Source: a virus (Duplodnaviria; Caudoviricetes). Taken from it: 64,000 nucleotides of DNA. Numbering within the stretch: position 1 is the stretch's first letter; the number at the start of each line of letters is the position of its first letter. Below, piece by piece: positions 1 through 8,688 of this stretch. Location: positions 1 through 64,000 of the IMG/VR virus record IMGVR_UViG_3300013426_000001, one strand, 5' to 3'. The position numbers were made by a program, and so were the translations under genes. A model generated the notes under the pieces. That model was not told where the DNA came from and did no database searches. It saw only the letters and a list, made by a program, of their open reading frames with translations.

Positions 1-109
1 GTAGGGCCGTTGCGAAACGGTGGGAGAAAACCCCTTAAATCGAAGTGCCATTCATAGATGATATAGTCTAAGCCCCTTAAAAATATCGGGAAACCGAGGG
101 TACTAACTG
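1..109 (+). ncRNA. 3' part of a group I self-splicing intron (5' part lies upstream of the window)
   Basis: S/P7 element GATGATATAGTCT at 57-69; GNRA hairpins ccgtt-GCGA-aacgg and tcgg-GAAA-ccga (86-97, P9-like); in-frame TAA at 104-106; terminal G109 followed by GGT GAC (Gly-Asp) in the RNAP frame. Confidence 0.8.
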
Positions 110-1246
110 GGTGACATAGCCCTTTCAACAGACAATGAATATTTTTTGAAAGGCGCACACAGAAACGAAAATATAATTACTTATGAAAAAGGTATAGCCC
201 TTAAAGAAGAAATTTCCCAAAGAAATTTCGTAAAAAAAGACCTTATGGGTTTTGGCACAGCGGTCGGTAGTCTTTCCAATACCGCGACAATCATTTACGC
301 GATGGCAGGGATTTTCAACAAACCCGAGCAAGAGCCGCAACGCCAAGAATTATACACGCGAATAAAGCTTCTTCGCGAATACGTTGGGCAGGAAATTGAC
401 AGAGCAAAGCTTGGAATAAAACAGCAGAAACTTCCCGTCGAATGGAGAAAGCACGTCAAAGTAAACGAAGACGATACAGACGAAGTAAAAGCGGAAAAGT
501 ATAAACACAACTCGATGGTTATTTGTAAAAAGCCGTATTTCTTCCGTTATCTTTACCCCGAACTCAACAAAAAGTTTAAGCAGTTCGAAAATGGGTACAA
601 CATCGTGTCGAAGGATATGTTTGGAATTAAGTTCAAAAAACTTCTCGCGAAATCCGATAAAACGGAAGCGGAGAAAATGCTTGTTCGAAGATATCAAAAA
701 TACTCGCCACTGATTGTTTCCAACTGCACGATGAACGTTTTGTGCAAAGAATTTGAGAACGTGGATTTCGATATCAAGTTCGGTAAATCGAACGCGAACA
801 TGCTCAATCTTTATCAGAACGAAGGGTTCGAAGTCGACACTTTAATTCTCGCAAAATTTCGCGATGCTTATCGTAAATACAACAATAAAAAGACAGTCCG
901 CGCTCTCGACGACGTTTTCGAAAACAAAGACGACGAAGATGTGAAGAGCATTTACAACCTCGTTCTCGACACGGCAAAAGAGGAAATTCAGGAAGAGATT
1001 TTCGGGTTTGGCTTGGAGCCGAAGAAAATGCTTTTTTACGTCGGGCAGCTTGCAAAGGAATACACAAATTTCAATTGGAGCTTCGTTTGGGATATAATGG
1101 ATTCAATTGTACTCGACGGAGTTGAACAGGGTAAGAGTTACGCCCCAGTTCGTTCGGAAGACGGCACGGAATATCTCGGCGAAAAGTTTGTGCTTAAACA
1201 AGTCGTAAAGAAACCAGAAGGGGAGGTTATAACCAATGTTGAATAA
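110..1246 (+). CDS. yonO: YonO-like single-subunit phage RNA polymerase, 3' exon (GDIALSTDNEYFLKGAHR...)
   Basis: Frame is open from 110, upstream of the TTG at 146 in the track. GD fits the end of DxDGD; downstream motifs VGSLSNTAT, GQEIDRAK, KPYFFRYLYP and CTMNVLC resemble YonO/RdRP-like two-barrel polymerases; same position as yonO before the late cluster. Confidence 0.8.
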   Translation, partial: GDIALSTDNEYFLKGAHRNENIITYEKGIALKEEISQRNFVKKDLMGFGTAVGSLSNTATIIYAMAGIFNKPEQEPQRQELYTRIKLLREYVGQEIDRAKLGIKQQKLPVEWRKHVKVNEDDTDEVKAEKYKHNSMVICKKPYFFRYLYPELNKKFKQFENGYNIVSKDMFGIKFKKLLAKSDKTEAEKMLVRRYQKYSPLIVSNCTMNVLCKEFENVDFDIKFGKSNANMLNLYQNEGFEVDTLILAKFRDAYRKYNNKKTVRALDDVFENKDDEDVKSIYNLVLDTAKEEIQEEIFGFGLEPKKMLFYVGQLAKEYTNFNWSFVWDIMDSIVLDGVEQGKSYAPVRSEDGTEYLGEKFVLKQVVKKPEGEVITNVE

Positions 1247-1838
1247 TTCGCTTATAGAACGATTATTACAAGAAAAAGCAATTTCCTCCCTCGATGAGCT
1301 AAAGCAGCTGACGATTTATTTTACGCAGCAGGGTCTCGATATTTCGCAAATACTCGAAACGCTCGAAAAGTACGAAATCAAATTCGAAATCAAAGGCGTG
1401 AAAATCGAAGAAATCGTTCGGCTTTTGGTTGCAATTAACCCGCCGTCAAAAAAAGAGAAGCAAGAAGAGTTCGAGATTTATGCTTCTGAAGTCGAATATC
1501 TCAAAGGCGTTGGAGACGCGACTGATCGCAAAGTTCTTTTTCTTCTTTTGGTGATATCGAAGTATGACAACCACCCGACAGGTTGGATAAAGTACAATCG
1601 CGATTTGCTTTTCAAGTTTTGGGGATTAAAGTTGACGAACCCGCAGAAATCGGCTGTAATCAATCGGTGCTGTAAGAATAAAGCGATTGATTTGAGGGTT
1701 ATCGGAAGCAAGAACCCGATTGTGTGTTTTAAGGTGAATTTTCAGAGTTATGATTTTGCTAATGCGGCGGCAAAGTTGAGGTTTGACGATAGTTCGATTA
1801 TCGACTTTTATGATAGCTATTTGTGGGGTAACGAATGA
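1236..1838 (+). CDS. Hypothetical protein, paralog of the next gene; possible RNAP accessory/DNA-binding factor
   Basis: 200 aa, SD GGAGG; EIYASEVEYL...RKVLFLLLVISKY aligns with DIYQSEIDFI...KQYVLAMLCVYKW of the next ORF. Confidence 0.6.
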   Translation: MLNNSLIERLLQEKAISSLDELKQLTIYFTQQGLDISQILETLEKYEIKFEIKGVKIEEIVRLLVAINPPSKKEKQEEFEIYASEVEYLKGVGDATDRKVLFLLLVISKYDNHPTGWIKYNRDLLFKFWGLKLTNPQKSAVINRCCKNKAIDLRVIGSKNPIVCFKVNFQSYDFANAAAKLRFDDSSIIDFYDSYLWGNE

Positions 1839-2629
1839 ACGACTATATATTTGATTGGAGCGAAAACAGCGAGAAGATTTTGGCGGGCGGAGGTTATACA
1901 ACCAAAGTCCACCAAACCTTTGAGCAGATAATGCTTTTTGCATATTTAAGAGAAAATGGATATAGCAAAGACGAAATATTTGATTTATGGGTGAAAACCG
2001 ATTCGTTGCTTCTTCAAAAGATCGGGGACGATAAAGACCAGAGAGATAAGTATTTCGGGAAGTTGTTTGCGGACTCGACGAAGTATAAGATTGAAAAGGG
2101 GAATCGGATAGATATTTACCAGAGCGAGATTGACTTTATCAACAGTATGGAAGTAAGTATGTGGATAAAACAGTATGTACTCGCGATGTTGTGTGTTTAT
2201 AAGTGGTATGGAAAGGAATGGTGCGTTTATAACGATAAGATTAAGAGGTTTTGTTATAGTTGTACTAATATAAAAAAAGAAAGAGATAAAAATACGAAAT
2301 CATTATTTAAAATGAATAATAAATATTCGGTGTATTGGATAAATACAAGAAACAATTTTGTATCTTTTAAAATGTTATTTGATGCAAGTTCACAAAATAA
2401 AAATATAATTGGAACTATTACAAGTCCACGCTCCGTTAATGAGCTTTTTAGTTTATTAAAAACTGAAAAAATATGTGTAAATTGTGGAAAAATTTTTATT
2501 TATGATGGGCATAATATGCACATCAATGTATGTAAAAGGTGTTATGATATCAATCGCAATAAAAAAAATCGAAGCAGAAAGCGTAACCAGTTGGGGTACG
2601 ATACTATAATAGTGAAAACAGACAAATAA
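1835..2629 (+). CDS. Hypothetical protein with C-terminal Zn ribbon (CVNC...CKRC) and basic tail; possible RNAP accessory factor
   Basis: 264 aa, ATGA overlap with previous gene; CxxC pairs near the C-terminus. Confidence 0.6.
   Translation: MNDYIFDWSENSEKILAGGGYTTKVHQTFEQIMLFAYLRENGYSKDEIFDLWVKTDSLLLQKIGDDKDQRDKYFGKLFADSTKYKIEKGNRIDIYQSEIDFINSMEVSMWIKQYVLAMLCVYKWYGKEWCVYNDKIKRFCYSCTNIKKERDKNTKSLFKMNNKYSVYWINTRNNFVSFKMLFDASSQNKNIIGTITSPRSVNELFSLLKTEKICVNCGKIFIYDGHNMHINVCKRCYDINRNKKNRSRKRNQLGYDTIIVKTDK
2583..2617 (+). repeat. Exact 35-bp repeat copy 1 (GTAACCAGTTGGGGTACGATACTATAATAGTGAAA); candidate phage late promoter
   Basis: Identical to 8408-8442; contains TATAAT but no TTGACA; ends 33 bp before the metallophosphoesterase start. 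Confidence 0.85.
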
Positions 2630-2650
2630 CTGATTAAAGGAGAAAACAAG

Positions 2651-3853
2651 ATGATAGATTTCGAAGATATAGAGTATAAGCGTTTAGATGATGAAACCGA
2701 AGACGATTATATTCTTCGTATATGCGGTTTAAAAGAAGATAAGCAACTTTTCTGGGATGAGGTTGCTCGTATTATAAACAAAGAACTTGACCTCAATTAC
2801 ACAGAAAGTAGATATAGAAAACTGTATTCCGCATATAAAAAAGGAAAGGAAGAAGTTGAAAAAGAAGTTGTCGAGTTTTCTCCCGAAGAAGTAGAAACTC
2901 GTGAAAAATATGCAAACTCTTGCGATAAAATCGCTTATTCGAGATTGATGAGGCAAGATGCGCGTTTCGAGCGTTTTTATAAATTGGTCGGGGAGCAGAT
3001 TTCTCAATTACCTCCGCCGCAATTCTTAAACGAAAATAAAATAAATTCTTATGTCGATAATGATAAAGAACACGTTCTGTGTTTTGCGGATTTGCATATC
3101 GGAGCAAAGTTCACTTCGATAAACAATAGTTATTCAATACAAGAAGCTCAAAACAGATTTGAAAAAGCACTTGCTTATTGTCGTGATTATGTTTCTAAAA
3201 ACAATGTCAAAAAATTAACGGTTTTAAGTCTCGGTGACGAGATACAGGGAATGCTCAGAATCAGCGATATGCGCCTCAATGAAAAATGTGTTGTAGATGC
3301 GTTTGTGTTTGCTGAACGTCTTATCGCAAATTTCTTAAATGAACTTTCTAAGTATTGTTATGTTGATTACAAAATGGTAGTTTATTCCAATCATAATCAG
3401 AATAGATATTTGGGGACAAAAGCCTCCGAACTTGCTGGCGAAGATATGGGTAAAATTCTTTATGGATACCTGACTGATGTTTTAGCACTGAATGACAGAA
3501 TAACCGTTTATGCGAACGAGGAAGCTGATTATACCGAATTTAAAATATTCGATTTTAACTTCATAATGCTTCATGGACATCAGATAAATAATATTCAGAA
3601 TGCAATTAAAGATTTGTCAAATACGCACCATAAATTTTACGATTATGTAATTCTTGGACATACACATTCGTTGAAAGAATATCCTGGAGGCGAGGGCGAG
3701 CATTACAATATGGAAGTACTTGTTGCGCCGAGTGTTTGTGGTAGTGATCCTTATGCCGATAAGTTGCAAGTTGGAAGTAAAGCTGGAATGGTAATATTCG
3801 AATTTGATAAAAAATATGGGTATACCGACAAACATAATATAATTTTGAATTAA
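2651..3853 (+). CDS. Calcineurin-like metallophosphoesterase (SPbeta YonJ-like position)
   Basis: Motifs ADLHIG, LGDEIQG, SNH, HGH, GHTH. Confidence 0.85.
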   Translation: MIDFEDIEYKRLDDETEDDYILRICGLKEDKQLFWDEVARIINKELDLNYTESRYRKLYSAYKKGKEEVEKEVVEFSPEEVETREKYANSCDKIAYSRLMRQDARFERFYKLVGEQISQLPPPQFLNENKINSYVDNDKEHVLCFADLHIGAKFTSINNSYSIQEAQNRFEKALAYCRDYVSKNNVKKLTVLSLGDEIQGMLRISDMRLNEKCVVDAFVFAERLIANFLNELSKYCYVDYKMVVYSNHNQNRYLGTKASELAGEDMGKILYGYLTDVLALNDRITVYANEEADYTEFKIFDFNFIMLHGHQINNIQNAIKDLSNTHHKFYDYVILGHTHSLKEYPGGEGEHYNMEVLVAPSVCGSDPYADKLQVGSKAGMVIFEFDKKYGYTDKHNIILN

Positions 3854-3867
3854 TCGTATTAAAACGT

Positions 3868-3896
3868 TTGACAATTAAATATTTTTATGGTATAAT
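3868..3896 (+). promoter_or_regulatory. Consensus sigmaA promoter of endonuclease cassette 1
   Basis: TTGACA-17 nt-TATAAT with extended -10 TG. Confidence 0.9.
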
Positions 3897-3902
3897 AGAA
3901 AT

Positions 3903-3995
3903 ATAAAAACTGGGACAGGGAGTAATTAACCTTTTTCGCAACTCCTTTTGCGAAATTACCAGTTTTTATTGATATATAGGTGTTTTTATAAGGAG
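3903..3995 (+). promoter_or_regulatory. Structured 5' leader RNA (three-way junction, anti-SD loop), copy 1
   Basis: P1 ataaaaactgg/ccagtttttat encloses GACAG, P2, a P3 hairpin with loop CTCCTT (3942-3947) and ATTA; the loop is complementary to SD AAGGAG (3990-3995). Confidence 0.65.
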
Positions 3996-4003
3996 ATAAA
4001 AAT

Positions 4004-5470
4004 ATGAAAATTTACGATATTAATAAAGAAGAGTTAATTGATTATTATGTAAATAAACAGCATAGCATTAAAGAATGTGCTGAGTATTTTAAAACTAACT
4101 ATACTCATATTTGCACTGTTTTAAAGGGATATGGAATAAAAAAGAATAAGTTGATTGTAAATAAAAAAGTTACGATTTTCCATCATATAGATAAGGATGA
4201 ATTTACTCAATATTATGTTATTGAAAATCATACGAGAGAAGAGTCAGCAAAACATTTTGGCTGTAGCAAATCAACAATAGAAAGATTTATATCTAAAAAT
4301 AACATAAATAAATCAGAAGATAAAATTAGAGAAATACTTAGAACACCTAAAAAATATATTGTTGATAAATTTGAATTATATGAATACTATAAGGTTCAAA
4401 AACATACTCAGGTAGAGTGCGCAAAACACTTTAATGTTCCAAAAAATATTATAAGAGATAATATAAAAAGAAATGGGTGGGAATTTAATGAGTTTGTACC
4501 AAAGTCTCCAAATATAGACGAGTTGTATGATTATTATGTAGTTCAAAATCACAGTAATGATGAAACGGCTGAATATTTTAATATAAGCCCGTCGACTATT
4601 TGGAGAGTAATGCGAGAGAATGATTTGGAAAAATCTAAGAAATTAGTTGCTGAAACTCGCAAAAATACGTGTTTAAATAAATATGGTGTCGAAAGTACCT
4701 CTCAAGTTTCTGAATTTAGAGAAAAAGCAAAAGAAACAATGAAGAGAGAGTATGGTTCCGAAAACCCAATGGATGTTCCTGAATTTAAAGAAAAGATAAA
4801 AAAGACATGTTTGCGGAAATATGGGGTAGATTGTGTTTTTAAAGTAAAAGAAATTCATGACAAATGTATAGAAAATAGTCGCAAATCTTTAATTGAAAAA
4901 TACGGCGTTCCTTACACGTCTTGGATTGGTAGAAGTGATGAATATATTTCCATTGTATCGTCTGAAGATTCTTTTAGAAATTTTATAATTAAAAACGAGT
5001 TAAAAACAAAAAAGGATATTTGCGAAGCATTAGGATTGAGCGCAAGCTGTGCGTTAGATTATATAAATAAATATAGCGCATGGGATTTATTAGACAAAAA
5101 CGTATCTCAGCCAGAAGAAGATTTTTACAAGTATTTGTGTAAAAAATATGGAGAGGAAGATATATTTAGAGAGTATAACGAAGATCCAAGATATCCTTTT
5201 AGGTGTGATTTTTATATAAAATCAATAGACACATTTGTTGAATTAAATTTATATATTACACATGGAGTTAAACCATATGTCGCAGACGATCCAGAATGTG
5301 TTGAGTATTTAAAGCTTTATAAAGAGAGAGCTGAAACGCAGAGTATTTATTATTCTGTAATAGACAATTGGACTGTCCGCGATGTATTAAAAATAAAAAC
5401 AGCAAAAGACAATAATCTTAAATATATAATGTATTATAAAAACGATAATTTATACGATGGCAGGGTTTAA
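4004..5470 (+). CDS. Free-standing homing-type endonuclease: repeated HTH-like modules, KYGV repeats, C-terminal PD-(D/E)XK/Vsr-like domain
   Basis: Four ELxxYYxxxxHxxxExAxxF repeats; KYGVE/KYGVD repeats; SQPEE...RYPFRCDFYI...FVELN...THG; AT-rich, with own promoter and terminator. Confidence 0.75.
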   Translation: MKIYDINKEELIDYYVNKQHSIKECAEYFKTNYTHICTVLKGYGIKKNKLIVNKKVTIFHHIDKDEFTQYYVIENHTREESAKHFGCSKSTIERFISKNNINKSEDKIREILRTPKKYIVDKFELYEYYKVQKHTQVECAKHFNVPKNIIRDNIKRNGWEFNEFVPKSPNIDELYDYYVVQNHSNDETAEYFNISPSTIWRVMRENDLEKSKKLVAETRKNTCLNKYGVESTSQVSEFREKAKETMKREYGSENPMDVPEFKEKIKKTCLRKYGVDCVFKVKEIHDKCIENSRKSLIEKYGVPYTSWIGRSDEYISIVSSEDSFRNFIIKNELKTKKDICEALGLSASCALDYINKYSAWDLLDKNVSQPEEDFYKYLCKKYGEEDIFREYNEDPRYPFRCDFYIKSIDTFVELNLYITHGVKPYVADDPECVEYLKLYKERAETQSIYYSVIDNWTVRDVLKIKTAKDNNLKYIMYYKNDNLYDGRV

Positions 5471-5489
5471 TTAGTCCCCTGCCATTTTT
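5457..5489 (+). terminator. Putative intrinsic terminator of endonuclease cassette 1
   Basis: atggcaggg/ccctgccat stem followed by a T run. Confidence 0.6.
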
Positions 5490-5506
5490 ATATAAGGAGG
5501 TAAAAG

Positions 5507-6394
5507 ATGGCGGAAGAGAAAAAGAAAAATACTAAGAAAGATATAGCAGAACAAGCAAAAGAAGAAGAACTGCTTCAAAGCGTCCTTGCTCAAATACCGA
5601 AAGAAGACGAGGATATTGAGCTTAATGAAGAAGACTTAAAAAACAGACGTGAAATTTTAATGACATTTCACTTTGATCCCTTCGAAAAGGAAAGTAATAA
5701 AGATAAAAAGCAGCTTTATAGAGATCTGGTAAGTATGATTACAGATGATTTAGCAGAAGATTTACCAAAAGCCCGCGCAGCTATTTCCCTAGTTCGTGGT
5801 TATTTGCGTGCAGACAGATTAACAGATGCGGTTCAGTTGCTAAGCAGAGACGCCCAAACAATGGTAGAAAATTCAAAGGCACTCAAGACGCTTTCTGAGA
5901 TGTTAAAAAACGAGAACGCAATTTTGACGACCACAGTACGTGACTTCGGCCTGAGCGATAGGTATGCCACAATGAAATCAAAGGGAGCGGGAACAATTGG
6001 TGCAATTGTAAGAGATATCGAAACGTATGATTACGACGATGGGAAAGTTAATCGTTACGATATAAAAACAAGTGCAAGTATGGAACAGGCAGCCGAGATA
6101 AGCATGAAAGCAATAATGAAGCAATTGAGTTTGAGTGAAGCTGAATACGTTGATATGCTGAAAAGGCAAAGGGAAGAAATTGAAAAGCTGCATAAAGAGA
6201 ATGATGAATTAAAAGAAGAGGTTCGTATAATTTATAAACAGATAAAAAAACAAAGTTTACTCAAAGAACTTGCAACAGAACTTATAAGTAAAGGAATAGG
6301 CAAAGAGGAGGTAGAGTCAATTATAAATTCAAACATTAAATTCGACGATGAAGTTATCGAAAAAGAAAAGAAGAAATTGACGAAAAAGAAATGA
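5507..6394 (+). CDS. Probable terminase small subunit / packaging-associated protein
   Basis: Helical, coiled-coil 295 aa directly upstream of and overlapping TerL; call rests on position. Confidence 0.5.
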   Translation: MAEEKKKNTKKDIAEQAKEEELLQSVLAQIPKEDEDIELNEEDLKNRREILMTFHFDPFEKESNKDKKQLYRDLVSMITDDLAEDLPKARAAISLVRGYLRADRLTDAVQLLSRDAQTMVENSKALKTLSEMLKNENAILTTTVRDFGLSDRYATMKSKGAGTIGAIVRDIETYDYDDGKVNRYDIKTSASMEQAAEISMKAIMKQLSLSEAEYVDMLKRQREEIEKLHKENDELKEEVRIIYKQIKKQSLLKELATELISKGIGKEEVESIINSNIKFDDEVIEKEKKKLTKKK

Positions 6395-8271
6395 TTAGTA
6401 TTTATAATAATAAAACTCAAACCGAACTAAGCCTTCGTAGGCAAGAAGCAATGGATAGATACGTTCGTCTTATTCAATGGGGAAGAGCAAACCCGACAAG
6501 GTTTGTCGAACAAATTTTCAAAGTCGAATTGATGGATTACCAAAAATATGTATTTTTAAATACGTGGGACGCTGAAGTTGCTGCTTGGGTTATGTCTCGT
6601 AACGCGGCGAAATCTTTTTTGGGCGGATTATATATGATGACTCGAGCAACTTTGTTTCCAACTTGTTCGATATATATAATGAGTACGGTTGCAGGACAAA
6701 GTAAGGACACCTTTTTAAAACTCGAGAATATAGCGAAGAAGAATATATCATCGGTTGTAGGTTCTTCTGATGTATTTTTAAATGAAGTTGTAAAGAGTAA
6801 TGCAAATACCGATGGTTTTACTCATAATGCGACTACTTGCCAAACAACTCTTTTTAACGGCTCAATAATCACATCATTGTCTGGCGACGCAAAATCAATC
6901 GTTGGTAAGCGTTCTAATCTTAATTTTTACGATGAAGCTGGTAAAATAGATCCAGATTATTTCGCTTTAACAAAGCCGTTTTGTTCTCAGAACTCGGACT
7001 TTAAGCTTGGTACGGGTTTTGATTCTCGCGTATATCCTCAAAATATGAGAAATCAGATCATTTATGCAAGTTCGGCGGAAGGGGTTGATACAGAACTTTT
7101 TCAACAATATAAAGAATGTGCAAAAAATATGATGATGGGTATTCCAGGGTTTTTTGCCGCCGACATAAGTTGCGAAATACCTTTACATCCAACATTAAAC
7201 GGTGAACCAACAACCCCCCTTTTAAAACAATCTGAAATAGACAACGCAATGAGAACAAACGAGGGGCGCGCATTGAGAGAATATTATAATATATTTGATA
7301 CAAGCGGCGGCAGTGACGCGTTGGTTTCGAGAAGTATCATAATTAAAAGTCAAAAGAATTATTTACCCGTTTCGGAAAGTGATAGTGACGATAAACAATA
7401 TGTTTTATGTTATGACCCCGCATTGCAGGCGGATAATAGCTTTGTTTTGATAATGGAGGTTTTCAAAGACCCCGAAATGGGTTATAAAGGAAGGATTGTA
7501 AATGGTATTAATTTAATTGAGCGTTTAGGACCGACCGATAAAAGACCCTTAAGGACTCCAGATCAAATTGATTGGATTAGAAAGTTGCTTTTACAATACA
7601 ATGGGCGTAATCCAGATTACAAAAACGTGGTTTTACGAATAGATGCGGGTGCTGGTGGTAACGGTAGGAGTATAAGCGATACGTTAATGCTTCCGTGGAA
7701 TTCAAAAGACGGAATGAGACATCCAGGCATTTGGGATAGTCATGAAGAAACCGAGACGTATAGAAATATGCACAATGATAAATACACCGACGCATATGAT
7801 TGTTTACAAATAGTAGATCCTCGAAAATGGAGAACTTCGATGTTTACAGATTTATCGGAAATGTTCCAGGGTGAATTTATTGAGCTTCCAATAGAATTAC
7901 CGAGAAATGGAGAAATTACGTTAGAAGATGGGACGACTGCAAAATTAACAGATGAAGAAATGCGCGCGCTTCTTGAAATTGATTTAATGAAAGAAGAAAT
8001 TATGGCAATGCAAAAGACAAAGAGTGCAAGCGGAGAAGTAAAGTTCGCCTTGCCTCCGTCGAGAAGTAGAAAAATGCATGATGATAGATGTTATTGTATG
8101 GCGCTGGCCGCTGGATATCTAGCAAATTTGCGCAGAGAAGATATGGCGGCTTGCGAAAAACCAAAGCAGAATTTTATGTCATATCTCCAGAGTTGTTCTG
8201 TTGAGCAAAACAAAAAGACTCAAAACCCGTTCGCGGGTAAAATCAACCCGTTTGCGGGTAAAAAGTGGTAA
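6391..8271 (+). CDS. terL: Terminase large subunit
   Basis: Walker A-like SRNAAKS, Walker B NFYDEAG, nuclease motifs CYDPA and HDDRCY. Confidence 0.92.
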   Translation: MISIYNNKTQTELSLRRQEAMDRYVRLIQWGRANPTRFVEQIFKVELMDYQKYVFLNTWDAEVAAWVMSRNAAKSFLGGLYMMTRATLFPTCSIYIMSTVAGQSKDTFLKLENIAKKNISSVVGSSDVFLNEVVKSNANTDGFTHNATTCQTTLFNGSIITSLSGDAKSIVGKRSNLNFYDEAGKIDPDYFALTKPFCSQNSDFKLGTGFDSRVYPQNMRNQIIYASSAEGVDTELFQQYKECAKNMMMGIPGFFAADISCEIPLHPTLNGEPTTPLLKQSEIDNAMRTNEGRALREYYNIFDTSGGSDALVSRSIIIKSQKNYLPVSESDSDDKQYVLCYDPALQADNSFVLIMEVFKDPEMGYKGRIVNGINLIERLGPTDKRPLRTPDQIDWIRKLLLQYNGRNPDYKNVVLRIDAGAGGNGRSISDTLMLPWNSKDGMRHPGIWDSHEETETYRNMHNDKYTDAYDCLQIVDPRKWRTSMFTDLSEMFQGEFIELPIELPRNGEITLEDGTTAKLTDEEMRALLEIDLMKEEIMAMQKTKSASGEVKFALPPSRSRKMHDDRCYCMALAAGYLANLRREDMAACEKPKQNFMSYLQSCSVEQNKKTQNPFAGKINPFAGKKW

Positions 8272-8283
8272 AAGGTGTAAAAG

Positions 8284-8688
8284 ATGATTGGAAAATTAGT
8301 AGTAGATTACGAAGAAGTAAGTTTGGGAGATTTGTTGGAGTTTTTGACTGAAAAAGGTGTCGAATGTTGTGTGGATGGGGATAATATTTACGTTTATTCC
8401 TTTGGTTGTAACCAGTTGGGGTACGATACTATAATAGTGAAAGACAAAAAAATACAAAATTATTTCTTCAAAGAATTAACCTCTCCTCCAACTCGCACGC
8501 CGACAAATTACGTGCAAACTTGGCTTTTGGAGAAGTTTAACCAGCAAGAATACTTACGCTTCGAGGAACAACATCAAGCAGAACTTAAAAAGGCTCAAGA
8601 TAACATCCAGAAAGCAATGAAGGAATACCAAAACTTATACGAAAAATACTTAGAACAGGAGGCGCGGCCCAATGGCAAATCAAACTAA
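8284..8688 (+). CDS. Hypothetical protein
   Basis: 134-aa ORF filling the TerL-portal gap; contains 35-bp repeat copy 2. Confidence 0.55.
   Translation: MIGKLVVDYEEVSLGDLLEFLTEKGVECCVDGDNIYVYSFGCNQLGYDTIIVKDKKIQNYFFKELTSPPTRTPTNYVQTWLLEKFNQQEYLRFEEQHQAELKKAQDNIQKAMKEYQNLYEKYLEQEARPNGKSN
8408..8442 (+). repeat. Exact 35-bp repeat copy 2; candidate phage late promoter upstream of portal
   Basis: Identical to 2583-2617. Confidence 0.85.

Noticed and set aside
146-1246. Track ORF starting at TTG 146 as a complete 366-aa gene
   Set aside because: No SD; the frame extends to 110 and abuts an intron 3' end, so it is better read as a 3' exon
3903-3995. HDV-like ribozyme reading of the leader (CUCCU loop)
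   Set aside because: No P1.1/P4/J4-2 arrangement after P1; loop covariation with the SD explains it better
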